Origin: Haplodiscus bocki
Taxonomy: Eukaryota
Reading direction: 5' to 3'
Assembly: GCA_965655095.1 (NCBI GenBank)
Contig: OZ296657.1
Span: forward strand, 61,690,001-61,754,000
DNA: 64,000 nucleotides
The translations under genes were made by a program, and so were the position numbers. The first letter of the stretch is position 1. Each line of letters begins with the position of its first letter. Shown here one piece after another: positions 1-12,099 of this stretch. The notes under the pieces are model-generated. The model did not search any database. It worked only from the letters and a program-made list of their open reading frames with translations, and was not told the DNA's origin.

Positions 1-109
1 AAAAAGCTGAAAAGAAGGTTGCAACTGACCATGCGCCAAATTTTCAGCGTCCGAAATCTTTTTGCCCAGAAGTTGCTAGCGAAAAAATATTGTAAACGCA
101 GAAAAAACT

Positions 110-2400
110 TAGAGCAACTCGTCGAATTTGACCAGCATCAGTATCATTTGCTTACGATGGGTGCCTATGTTAGTGGAATCGGTGCAAAATCAACCCAGCT
201 TCATGCCCTACCAGTTTGAAAAAAATCCAACTTTCCGGTTGAGATTTAGCGGAAACTTTTGCGATAAATCTAATAATCCATGTTTTTTTTTGTTTGTTAC
301 TGCCGTAGAGGCCTCGAACTGTCTTGATTTTCTTTCATATGTTCCTTTAACCTCGTGAGACCGAAAGAAAATATCGCAGGTGAGGGAAACATTCCGAGTT
401 TTTTTCGGTAATTGGTCGGTACAAAAAAAATTGCCAGAAAAGGCTTTCACTTTTTGGCGACTTTGTAACTTAAGGGATTTTCATAAAGCTCGGAAGTGCA
501 ACGTTATTTCTGTTTCCGATATGCAATTCCAAAACACGCCGGAGCTTAGAACCATTTTTTTGGGGGGGGGGGGGTGTAAATGTAAGTTTGCCGAGAGTTT
601 CATAAAAAATGTCGGGTACCTCTATTTCTTCCGTTAAATAATCATCTTTTCACTTGGTCCTCCTATTGTTCTCTGTAGGTGAGTGAGGCATTATAACGGA
701 AAACCGAAGAACAATCATCGGTAGACAGTTTGTTTTATGCGAAGCTGCATTTCGACCTTTTGCAAATGATTGCAACTAATGCCCGGAAGACCCATATTTT
801 CAGAAAGTACTCAATTGATTATGGGGCGAAAGATTTTAGCAACGAATAACAAATTCTGGCAATAGAATTTCCAACACACAGGGTGCTCATTTTCGGCGTT
901 TCTTCTATTCCTCGGGAGCCCAACGTAGAGCACTTTGGGAGAATGTTTTGCCACAAATTTCGTTTTTTGCAGATTCTGCAGACTTTATTTTTTTTTTGAA
1001 AAGCGCCACCATCTTAGCGCCCATGGTTATCCAATGGGATAGTTTTCGCTGACTCAACTCGGAAAAACGTGAAGTTTCTCAAAGATTTTACTTTGGCATG
1101 TATGGTTTTCTCCGGAGGAAACAAGAAAAATTGGATGTTTTTCGAACTAATCACGTAATTTTTCAACTCTAGTACCTCCGAGCCTTGTACACTGCCTAAA
1201 TGAACTAACAATTTTCCACTAATTCCAATGGTTTATTGAAGTAGTGAAAAAATTGACAAATTAAAAAATGGTATAAATTAGGCTGTTCTCACGTTAACCT
1301 GAAGCCAATGATTTTCCATTATCATATCCCGTAAAAAAATATTTCTACTCCTCACGGGGATCGGATTCAAAGGGAATCAACACAAGTTTTGCATTAGTCC
1401 CTCCATTGGCTTCGCCGTTTAGGAAAGAATGGCTATAGAATGTTATTCCCTGAAGAAAACTTTCTTTGCATAACTTTCAGTAATGGAGGGGCGAGCTACC
1501 GCAAAACACCCTATGACGCCCCATTTGTCCATTTCAACAGGATGGACGCCACTCGTGAGTCGGTTAAACAGGTGGCCAGACAAACTACATTTTTCCGGTC
1601 AAAACAAAAACAACGCGCCACTATTTTCAAACAATTCATTTTTGAAAACCCAAAAACAAAATATTGAGACTAAATCAGCCTCTACAACATTCATGGGCAC
1701 GACTGACAGCACCAACAATGGAAGGCAGAAAGAAAACTGACATCAGAAAACCAGAAAAAACCGAAAGTTCAAAGGATTGATTAGATTTCGCTTTCTTTGG
1801 CTTCATAGCACGCCGATCATTGGACTGGCTTTCCATCAATTGGTGCAAAAACATTAGCAATTTCGAGCTGACTTGAACGGCAGGACTCAGAAAAATAGCC
1901 CTTGTTCTCTAAAGAAACCTAAAATTGAAATCGGCGACTGAAAATTTGGAATATAGTAGATCGTGAACCCAACGTATTTATGCAAAAATCAGATAAATCC
2001 GACCAATAGCTGTTGAGAGATTTAGATTTAGAGAGATCAAACCCAGAGGGTTTTCTCGCATGGAGAATAAAATTATTTTGACGTGTCCTTGTGAAAATAG
2101 GCTTCGCTCCACTCGCCAACGAACCTCGAAAATTTCATCTACTGGTGTAAAGGAACGTTTCCATGCCCTTTTATCCGCAAAATGTATAAACGCCATCGCA
2201 GAGTTTTGTCGGAGCGTGTCGGAAAAGTTCTTCATCAGCCAGCCAAAATCTGGAAGAGACAGAACTTTAGTTGTGTGGTCGGTGTCTGATGCGCCCAGCT
2301 AGACGTTATTCTCGTGAAACTCAAACTACCAAACTTTCAACAAAACTATGAAACTTTTTCACACGATGTTTGCCAATTGCGTTCACGCCACATCGGCGAG
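110..2400 (+). pseudogene. Heavily decayed Ty3/Gypsy pol relic (protease and RT fragments)
   Basis: VEFD..LL..GAYVSGI (~120-180) parallels LDFDNGLTIDALVDSGAYVSAIA of the intact protease at ~54.5 kb. ~1970-2040 resembles PIFAQRKPNGKLRLLVDLRKIN and ~2185-2225 resembles YKRLAQGLSRSVS. Many stops and frameshifts. Confidence 0.4.
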
Positions 2401-2437
2401 TTTGTCCACGCTACTGAACGTGAAAATATTTTTTGAT

Positions 2438-2776
2438 CAAATTGTAGCAAACTTGCCGTAGAAGGCGACTGAAATAGTAAAATTTCTCAAAAACGTTCGA
2501 AATTTCGGTCTTTGTTGAAAAAAGAGATGAGCTTTCCGGAAAAAGATTGATATTTTTCGAAATCCCTAAAGGTGGCAAATTTGCTGGAGAATTTGTATGA
2601 AATGGAATTATTTCCTAAAAGTTTCATTTCCGTTCTAAATATGAGGTTTTTCTAGCAAAAAGGCAGAAAACTTTGAACGTGGGAAAAAGAAAAAATATGA
2701 AGTGTTTTTTCGAAAAAAACGGTTTCATCTTTTCAGAAGCCTTCTTTACAAAAACGGGACGGCGCAAAATATGCCG
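2438..2776 (-). repeat. Partial copy of a dispersed MITE-like repeat, inverted relative to 4495-4834
   Basis: Its reverse complement (cggcatattttgcgccgtcccgtttttgtaaagaaggcttctgaaaagatgaaacc...) aligns along ~340 bp with 4495-4834 (gacatattttccgccttcccatttttgtaaaaaaaggctcttaaaaagatgaaaac...). Confidence 0.8.
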
Positions 2777-4494
2777 TCTTGTTGGGTATACACCCATATT
2801 TCGTTTAATGCCGTTTCAATTTTTTTTCCAAATAATTTAGCATTGCAGTCCAATTAAGCGTGATGACTTGGATACCGATTACACAATCTACACAGAGGCG
2901 AAAAGGAACTTCGCAAGAGTCTGACTTCTCAGTTTAGGTCAAGGATTTTGAACAAATCAAAGGCCGCGAGAGGTATTCAAACCTTGATCGGATATATGGT
3001 TAACACTTTTAGAAATACAATACCAGATGTCTATCAGAAGGTTGTTTGAAAAAGTCGAAATGAAACAAGAACCTGTAGCAGTGTCTGATACTAAAAGATT
3101 TGATCTGTCAATCATTGCTTTTTAGATTCGCTATATTGCGGACCAATGTTTTGAAAGACTTACATAGTAAACAATGTCAAAAATGAACAATACTGTGTGT
3201 CCTAAAAAACGTTACATGTCAAAATATCGAGATCTGAAAATGGCCAAAATTTGTCAAAAAGACGTCGAAACAATTTCAAAAGATTTTTTAAATTCCGATG
3301 TCTTGTTTTCTCATATTAACCATTTTCAGAGCTCGAAAATTTTACATTTAATGATTTTTGGGGACACCTAATACACAGCCCTCGCTGCCTCATATTCGAA
3401 ACATTGTGATATGAACCAATTCCTGTTAGAACGCTGTTGTTCGTTTTTCAAACCAGTGTTCGAAAATTTTCTACTCGTCAGAACGCGAAAATAAACATGT
3501 ACATAACAAGGTGTTTCGGAAAGGGCTTTTTGGACAGTTTAAAGTAGACTATTTGATGACGTCACAAATGTAAGTTTTAGACAAGATAAAAAAGCTATGC
3601 ATAAGCTGGTTTCCAACACACATTCTTCCTTCCAGTCAATGTGTAGAAACAATACAATCCTTGTTTAATTGACATTTTTATATACTGAAGAGTCCAGCAA
3701 TTCGATTGTCTGTGGCATTGGTTCACATTTGTGATCTCTTGCATTATGGTTAAGAACACAATCAATTTTTCTTTAAAAAAACTCCCTCTCGGATCAGAAC
3801 TGAGAAGCGACTCAGTATGTTTTGTCTTTTGTATTAGCAGGGAGTTCTTCACTCAAATTTTCCCTCAATACTTTGGTAGTCAGGGTAAAAATACGGGTTT
3901 TAAATAGCCTCAAATGGTGACGGAACCACGTCCACTCGCATTACAGGGTGAAAGGGATGAGCGCCGTGGATTCATCATTAAATGCTTGCGGTCTAACTTC
4001 CTGTGGAGCTTCTCAAAACTCATCAGCGGCAAAGAAGGTTGAACGGAAAACATGCAAGAGATCCATTTAAGGAGCACTTCGAGGCAGGCGATCACACGTG
4101 ATAGAACGCTTCATTACCCACAACGCAAAATCCCTCTCAAAGATCAAGCACAGCATCCAAAAGTTAGATATTTTTCGCCATATTTATAAGATCAAAAAAT
4201 CATAGCTTTAGCGACAAAAATTGGCATAATAACGCTTTTTTTGGAGAAAGATTTCTCTAAAATTTTTCACACAAAGGCGAAGCTGAGCTTCGCAACACTT
4301 GGGCCAACGAAATACTAGTCAACAAAGTGAACAAGTAAAACTGATTTTTGAAGGCGCCACGATAAAACTAAAATTACTGATTGAACAATTAAACAGGAAT
4401 TGAATTAACTGTTGATTCTTAAACTTATATATTGTGACAAGTACGAATTGCTATAGCAGTTAGGTCACTCTATATTTAAAACAAGACTACCACT

Positions 4495-4960
4495 GACATA
4501 TTTTCCGCCTTCCCATTTTTGTAAAAAAAGGCTCTTAAAAAGATGAAAACGTTTTTTTTTTCGAAAAAACACTATCATATTTTCTAATTTTTCCAACGTT
4601 GAGAATTTTCTGATTTTTTGCCAAAAAAAACCTCATAAGGGGAAAAGACATTTCTAAAAAATAATACCATTTGATACGCACTCTACAGCAAGTTTGCCGT
4701 TTCTAGCGATTTTGAAAAAATTCAAAGGTTTGTTCGAAAAAACCCATCTATTTTTTCAAAATAACCAAATTTTGAATGTTTTGAGAAATCTTACTATTTC
4801 AGTCGCATTGTACGGCAAATGTGCTACAATTTGGTGACAAACGTGAACAAAAGTGAACGGAATCGGCAAAGTCGGGTAAAAAAACGTTCTCGTTGAGTAG
4901 ATGATTTTCCTCCCATATTATAAAGATGGCGGAAAATGCGGGCACACTGGAAAATATGCC
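4495..4960 (+). mobile_element. MITE-like non-autonomous element (~466 bp) with short TIRs
   Basis: gacatattttcc (4495-4506) and ggaaaatatgcc (4949-4960) are 11/12 inverted repeats. A second partial copy lies at 2438-2776. No convincing coding capacity. Confidence 0.55.
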
Positions 4961-5426
4961 ACGTAAACAAATTTTTGCAACTGCGCGAGAACGAGTGAAC
5001 AATTTTTTTGCAAGAAAGCGAGCGCATGAACAAAATCGAGGTTATATTAAAATGTAGGCACAAATGCGAGTTGTGAAGTGATCGGAAAAAATCAGAAGCC
5101 TGTGGTATAACACTTACTTGCGCAAGTGTAATCAGAACTAGATTTTCAGCTGAAGTTTTGGTGAAGTTGATTCCTCTGAGGCTGAAATAATTCTGTCCCC
5201 AAATCAGCAAGTTTTTCTAAGCGATTTTTAAAATGAATTATCTAGCAGTTACGGTTTTTCAAAGTAGCGATTTAGCACAAAAAATGGCGATTGCACAATT
5301 CCTTTTCATTACTTATAATACGTAAAGCACGAAAAATGTTCCATTGTTTTATTCTAACCCTAACGAAACTAGTAATATCAGAACATTCGAAACCTTTCTT
5401 CTGTAAAACCAAAATGTAGTACTAAC

Positions 5427-5715
5427 ATTTTCCTTTCATATAAGAACGTTGACTTTTTTCAGACTGTCTCTGTGCTAGTGAGTCACAGTTGATGAGCAAT
5501 TTGGGACTAGCGATACCTCCGGCACCGCCTGCCCCTGTCAAAACTCCCAGAACCCCCGCCCCTCCAACAGACCCTGTTGCCAGTCTCGTCTCACATGTGC
5601 TCGAGTATTCGGTGAATGTCGTGTCTGAGTCGACAGAGTCACGGTTAATACCAGTAAACTGGTACCCACGATCGTAGATCTCCGTCAGCAGACCCTCTAT
5701 TATGGAAGATGTTTT
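5427..5715 (-). CDS. TBC1D30: Coding exon 2 of a TBC1D30-like Rab GTPase-activating protein (N-terminal region)
   Basis: Minus strand tttcAG|...|GTTAGT, 289 nt open: KTSSIIEGLLTEIYDRGYQFTGINRDSVDSDTTFTEYSSTCE...QRSYMKGK. This resembles, from memory, TBC1D30 'RTASLVSGLLNELY...RDSLDSSTE...QMLYLRQK'. It joins in phase 0 to the exon at 10077-10349. The TBC domain itself is not seen in the window. Confidence 0.65.
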
Positions 5716-5854
5716 CTGAAAGATTTACCATCATTATTTTCCGTCGCAATATACTAGGAAAGAAAATTTTCAACTAAGTATCGTAGGCAATTTTTCTCCG
5801 CTGGTTTGTCAATTCCGGCTGCGACAACTCACATCGTATCTGAGTTCTTTTAAT

Positions 5855-5935
5855 TAGTAGATTAGTAGTTAATCGCAAAAGACGGTCCTCAGACAACGAC
5901 GGTCCTGGTTCGATTCCCACTACGACTAGATTTTT
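5855..5935 (+). mobile_element. tRNA-derived SINE head (degenerate A and B boxes)
   Basis: tagattagtagtta (A-box-like) and ggttcgattccc (B-box), followed by actagattttt. A similar, more decayed copy lies at ~9160-9245. It does not fold as a complete tRNA. Confidence 0.45.
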
Positions 5936-6249
5936 TATTAATATTTCGCGTTTTTATCAGCTTTTATTATATAAAAGTTTGCAAACACCAGAAGTCTTTC
6001 TTCCAGTTTTAGAAGTTTTGTTCTGCTTTTTTGTTCAAAAACTTTGAAATTTCTAATGAAAATCGAGAATAGTGAGAGTCGGAAAAATCTAAAATTTCCA
6101 AAACAGTCGAAACTTTTTCAAAACTTTAAAATAACGATATTTACAAGTTTTCAAGAAAAATAGAAAAATACAAACATCTTTCAAAAAACTTGAAGCACAA
6201 CATGTAAATACCGAAATCTGGTCATTTTCGCGTCTCAAAAAAGCATCTC

Positions 6250-8600
6250 GACCGGAACATTTTTCTGACTAATCTTTTTCATCCAAAAAAGCCGAAGCTG
6301 CGGTAATGATTTTTCTCCTTGATCAAAATCAATGTACTGCAAAACAAACAGCTGCATTTCTATCAATGTCAGTCGACAGTTCAAATCGGAGAGGGGCATT
6401 ATCGACTTGAAAGTTGCTTTTTGCATCAGAATCCTGATGAACCGGAAATCTCGTTAGATTTTCAACCTCACATTTCCACAAAACTACAGGTTTGATTTCC
6501 TCCTTTACAAACTTAATCCAGTCTTCCAATTGTGTAAGAGCACTCAACGCAAAAATCAACACGCGAAAGGTTTCGATCCTTGCATTAGAAACCTGATGAG
6601 CCAAAAAGGCAGATGTTGCTATTATTATTAACTTTTCCCCATTCTCAAACTCAACTTTCTTCAAAACTTACGGCTTGATTTCTTCCATGAAAGTCGTAAC
6701 GGCAGTTTTGAAATTCTGCATGGGATTTGAATATTGAAAAGTGAGATTTTGTTCATTGCACTGATATTCCCAGATACCGAAAAGGCCCAAAACATTGGTA
6801 TTTACCCTTCTCGATTCTAACATTTACTTCCGGCCATTACTGCCGGTTTGATTCCTTCTATCAATGTCTTATTTCACAAATTTCAATTTGTTGAAAAGGT
6901 GCAACACTAAGTTCTACATGATTTTCAGTGAATCGGAATTCCTAGACAGAAACTGCGTTGAATGACATTAGTTTTAAATTTTGTCGACTTTCAAATATTC
7001 TTTCGGAACTTCTCGCTTGATTTCCACCAATATGTCTCAATCGATCGTTTACAACTTGTTGAAGGGCATTAATTAGTGACATCTGGTAAGTTCGTTCATT
7101 TCAATGGAGGTCTCAAAGACCAGACTTGCAAAAAAACTTACTTCTAACTTTTATCGATGTCCAAACTCATTTTGCTCTAAAACTACGAGTATGATTTCTT
7201 TCTTCATTCCATCAATTGGGTATTTTCTTCATGTACAATACCCTTCAGCACAGAAATGCCAAGTTTTGATCAGTCCAATCGAGTATTGATACGCCAAACA
7301 AGCCACGATTTGCCCTCAGCATTGAAATGTTTCGAAAATCAAGCCTTGTCCAAAACTGACGCCTTGATTTTTCAATATCAAAGTCCTAATCGAAAGTTTC
7401 CAGATCGTAGAAAGGCGCCACCCATTAGGCACTGGGATGATCATCATTGCATTGCAGTTACCACAGACAAAAAATGTCAAAAAAGATGACAACTGCAGGT
7501 TTGATTTTCTCTGACAAGGTCTTAGCTTACCGTTTAACATTTAAAAACGGCATTCAACGCTGAAATCTGAGAGCTGGTCAATGAATTGGAAGAGTCAGAG
7601 CTCAAAAACGCAAAAAAGCAGTAGTGTTTAACTTTGATGATCCAACTTTTGTGCATAACCACCGCCCTGATTTCTTCCATCAATGTTTTATTCAATACCT
7701 TTTACCTTCTGAAAAAGCATTCAACACTTAGCCTCCAGGCGACTTTCATCGCATTGGTAGTCCGAGACAGGGAAGACTATCAAAAAACGATTTCATTTTC
7801 GACTTCTCTGGATTTTAAAACTAACATTCACCAACACTACTGGCTTGATTTCCTACTCCAATGTCTTTATCGAAAGTTTCCAACTTCTGGAAAGGCGTTC
7901 AACACCAAACTCTTGGATTAATTTTGTTGCATCGGAACAAAAAGAAATGTCAAGAAAGCTTGAGTAATGCCTTCTCTCAAATCTCAAACTCGAGTTTCCA
8001 CAATTCTAGTTCATCAAATCCCCAATCAATACTTCTTAATAGCAAAATGTCGATCAATCAAAAAGCGGATTTTCTTCTGTGAATCCGGATTTTCATAGAA
8101 CAGAAGCTTCAGATCTTGCACTCTATTCGAACTTAGTTTTCTCGAATAATAATGGCTGGATTTCTGCCGTCAAAAACTTAATTAACAGATGCTGAAAATT
8201 TCATGACAGTTTGGCTTTCGCCGCATTACAACCCTGGTATGCCGGAAATGCCAAAAGTGCGAAAAGTATTAAAATTCGCTTAATTTCAGAGCCATTCCCT
8301 TTTAGATAAACGGCTGGATTTTGTCCATCGATGGCTCAATCGACCGCGGTCTACCTGTAAAAAGTCATTACACTATATTGTCTTGAGTTTGCTTATTCTT
8401 CGGAATTTTTATTGGTGGCATAAATCAAAAGCTGCATCTTTCAACAATTTTCCCAAGAAACACTTCTCTCTCCAGACGTAATTTTTATCGCATCATGTTG
8501 TCTTTCGCCAGCTTCCCTCCCGTATAAATTGGTTTGGCAACATTTTTTGGTTTTTTATCCTTGCATGGAACAATGTTAGGTTTTAAAAAAATCCAAAAGC
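6250..8600 (-). pseudogene. Decayed BEL/Pao-like pol relic inside the TBC1D30-like intron
   Basis: Minus-strand remnants TNVLGL..W (~6775-6810), MPF (~7060) and AAVCFAV (~6340) match the order of Pao RT/RNase H motifs. Frames are broken. Confidence 0.3.
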
Positions 8601-9159
8601 CTCTCCGGTTTGAAAAATAGCACTCAGGGAAAGTGCAGGTACTATCAGATTCTGTGATATAAATTGATCAATGATTTCTCAGACCATGTATACGGGACAT
8701 ATCGCGCCTCGTTTTATTTTCCCTCCATGTTTTTCAATATGAACGAAAAATCAATCAGTTAGTAGTAGTACTGTCCCTCTAAATAATTCTAAAACCCAGG
8801 AAAGAATTATGTGAAACTTTGAAGTTCCAAGACCACCGCAAAAAATTCCCTTTTTTCAACAAAAATTGCCGTTCAACGTCGCCAGCAATGAAAAGAAAAG
8901 TACAACTACTGTTTGAGCCACTTTTTTGACAACCAAAAAGAACTCATGTTGTATTTCATGAGACACCTTGGATTTTGGCGGGAAAGTGTTCGAGGTTTCA
9001 CACAATTTCTGTGGAAACTCATCCACCGATATGCCACAACGTTCTGGAAAGATGTGAATAAACCTCAGGTTGTGGATTTCAATCAAAATTTGAATTTCTG
9101 TTTTTTGAACTAATTGTTTTGTCCTTTTTTAGTCGATTTTTGGCAATTTATAAACCATG

Positions 9160-9245
9160 AGTCTCGGAAGTGGAGTTACGACACAGATTTTTCAAGCAGT
9201 AGGTAGGTCAAGGTTTGAATCTCAGTTTGCCACTAAATTTTATGT
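9160..9245 (+). mobile_element. Second degenerate tRNA-derived SINE head
   Basis: ggtttgaatctcag (B-box-like) followed by ccactaaatttt, as in the 5855-5935 copy. Confidence 0.3.
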
Positions 9246-10076
9246 TTGTTGGAATTCGTCCAAAACGAAAATTTCCACAGCACAGTGGTTAAGATTAAAA
9301 AAATTCTGAAGCGTTTAGTATAAGGGGCTCAAATCACAGTTTTTACCCATAATTTTTGAGTTTATTACTGCGACTTTGAGAATCGTTCTTTTACTACTAC
9401 TTCAATTACTATAATTATTCCCCGTATAATTTTTCCAAGTTCCGTTGAAAAACTTTTCGAAAGGAAAATATGCAATTCAGCATTGGCGTTTTTTCTTTTC
9501 TCTCAAAAGTAACGCAGACTTGTTAGCGCCTTGTATAATACATATATGCGGTATCAACGCAATTAGGTAGCCCGCGGGTAGCGTGATCGAATCCTTTTAC
9601 AAGTAGATTCTATGTTTCCAGAAATTTTTATACATTGTGGATACTTTTGTCCCAAAAAACAGGTTTTCTTCCATATCCCTGATTTCACGAAAATTCTTTT
9701 GTACCGATTTCAAATAATTCAACCTTTTCAAACAAGACCCTTTTTGAAGAACAAAAACCGCCCAAGGCGGATAGGACTTCGGAAAACATTTTGGATAATC
9801 ATTCAAAGGACTCCTGTGTATGGCGGTTACCATTCATTTCCCCAAAATTTTCAAGTTCACACAGCTAGCAATTGACTAGGCGTTTGCCCGGACACTTCTC
9901 TAGACTAGAGTTGAAAACTTAATCCAACTGAAAATTGTCCGACCACTCCCACTGCTTAGTGCTCGCTCCTTAACCCCTATACCCGCATTGCAATAAATTT
10001 AAGATTTTTCAGCCACTATGGTCCCTAGAACCTTTAGTCCAATTCAAAAGTATCAAAACATGGCAAAATAAATAAC

Positions 10077-10349
10077 CCGCATTGCATCGTCTGAAGATGC
10101 AAGATAATACTGGTTTGTGTTATTGGAGGAGCACACCGTTTCGGAGTTCTGATCAGCCATAATTAAGCCATTGCCAAATCCACTTCCAGAATCTGGAAGA
10201 ACCGGCCCACTCGTATTATCTGAGTAAGGCCACTGCTTATGAGGACCAACATTGATAATCAGCCCATGTTTCTGTGGAGCTTTCGTAGCATTCTGGCCTT
10301 GCGCTCCCCATAAATCACCTTCCAGCAAATCAAGGTCATCATCAGACAT
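10077..10349 (-). CDS. TBC1D30: First coding exon of the TBC1D30-like gene
   Basis: Acceptor ttttcAG at 10387, in-frame upstream TAG, ATG at 10349, 91 open codons (MSDDDLDLLEGDLW...SSDDAMR). The donor GTTATT at 10076 is weak but in phase 0, giving DAMR|KTSSIIEGLL. Confidence 0.55.
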
Positions 10350-11126
10350 CACGGTGACGTCAAAATGTCGAAAGAACTATTTTAACCTGAAAACATTTTT
10401 CGAATAAAAAACAATCGATTTTCGCAGCAAATGCTAGCGGAAATCAAGAGTATATCAACAAAGAGGCCCCAGGTGATTTTCAAAGGGCTCGACTATCAAA
10501 GCATATGATAACGAGAGGCACTTTCATGGATCAATTAATAAAATCGATCATAATTAACAAATGTTGTAATTCTGGTATTTCCAAAATTTTCGTGAATTTG
10601 AAAATGATTCATAAATATGAATTCAGCTGAGTTATTTCGGAAGATACATCGCTTTTAACTTAAGGTTCTCTGAGCAAAATCGACCGAGCGGTTATGAGGA
10701 AACAAGTTTCGGAAAGAGAAAAGGGATTTAAAAACTTTGAGTAACTAAATCTTTTGTAACAAGGGCAAGCTACTGACAAAGTTCTCATGAATAATTCGAG
10801 AAGTGATGTAATAGAAAATTCTTCTACAGTCAATAGATCTTCAACAAATTAGGTTCTGTGGCAGTTCCGAAATTTTGTCGCGAAATAAAATGAATCATAA
10901 AAATTGCACGATATCATCTTTGAATAATCTTAGCTCTCGATTCAAGGGTTAGGGCGAAAAATCGAAGGAACAATTATCGAAATAAGTATTTTCGAAACCG
11001 ATCAAAAAATTTTATGGCCTTTCAAAGATTCCAAAAAAGGAAAAAAAACTTGAAAACATGTCCCTCTGGGTGGTTTCTGAATAGTTAGCATTTGATTATG
11101 CAGTTGATGGAAAAACTAAATATGGT

Positions 11127-11300
11127 ACTTACCGATAAAAACTTCTGGAAAACGAAAAGTTTGCTACTATTACAATTCTTCTCATTTTGAATGGTTTTTC
11201 CAACTCAAAACACTAAAATTAACATCTCGGGCAGATCAACTAATATTTTACCAGCAACTGTGAAAACAGCCCATCCAGATCGCTTTTCGTAACCAAAACA
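11127..11300 (-). other. Candidate non-coding first exon of the TBC1D30-like gene
   Basis: Consensus donor cg|GTAAGT at 11132-11127, upstream of the 10387 acceptor and next to a (GA)n tract. The 5' limit is unknown. Confidence 0.3.
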
Positions 11301-11303
11301 GGA

Positions 11304-11308
<5 letters not shown>

Positions 11309-11363
<55 letters not shown>
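11309..11363. repeat. (AG)n microsatellite (~27 units)
   Basis: Perfect AG dinucleotide run. Confidence 0.98.
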
Positions 11364-11367
<4 letters not shown>

Positions 11368-12099
11368 ACTGTATTATTGTATAGGGATAGCTGACACTAA
11401 ATATACAATAAAGTGTGAATGATTTGTTGACGCCAAAGGAATGGGAATTGCGCAAAAACAGTTACGGACCTATTCAATTTTTACCTTGATCGACAACAGT
11501 AGATTGAACAACGAATAAGATTAGGAGACTCTACTGCATTTTGAGCATTTGTAAGGTGTTAGTGTGGACAATCAGAATGTTGATATAAACAGCCTGAGTG
11601 CGAAAAAAACGAACTTAGCTTCTTTTGACTCACGTCAAAACAAAAAAAAACACATTTTATGACAAACCTATCCAAAAAAAATTCCCGACTTCTCTTCCAA
11701 TTTGTATGTTTATTTCATCTTTGCCGGTTGAGTACGTAAATGGATGACATGTAAGACAAAAATGTATGAATCGGAAAAAGTAGCACAATTTAGCTTTTTT
11801 GCAGAGTATACACTCAAGAATTAGAACTTGTTCTCCCAGATCATGACAAAACAAAAAATGATTTGTTGGTAAGAAATCGAGAATATATTCTGCGCAAAAA
11901 ACGTTTTGAGGCGAAAATGGGAGAAATCGGGAAAAAATTGGAAACCTACCAACTTTCTTCCAAACTTTAGACCACCGAATTCGTCAGATTTTGTAAAAAT
12001 GGAAATTATGCGGCAGTGAGTTCTAATTTAATTTTTCACACGTGCATATCAAAAAGATCTACTCAAAAAATTAGAATTTTCTTTGTTGAAAGTTTGTGA

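Noticed and set aside
19-219. LLTMGAYVSG resembles the C-terminal motif of bacterial FliI/T3SS ATPases
   Set aside because: It is better explained as a decayed Gypsy protease (DSGAYVS) like the one at ~54560, and there is no bacterial context.
5118-5181. Minus-strand segment with good acceptor and GTAAGT donor as possible TBC1D30 exon 3
   Set aside because: The required phase-1 frame hits TAG, and no frame resembles the expected coiled-coil sequence.
5489-5677. Pro-rich plus-strand ORF
   Set aside because: It is the antisense shadow of the Gly-rich TBC1D30-like exon.
5855-5935. Functional tRNA gene
   Set aside because: Only A/B-box-like remnants are present, with no convincing acceptor stem or cloverleaf.
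9560-9910. Possible Helitron-like ends (cccgcggg..., ctaggcgtttgcccgg...ctag)
   Set aside because: The hairpin and termini are too degenerate to support a call.
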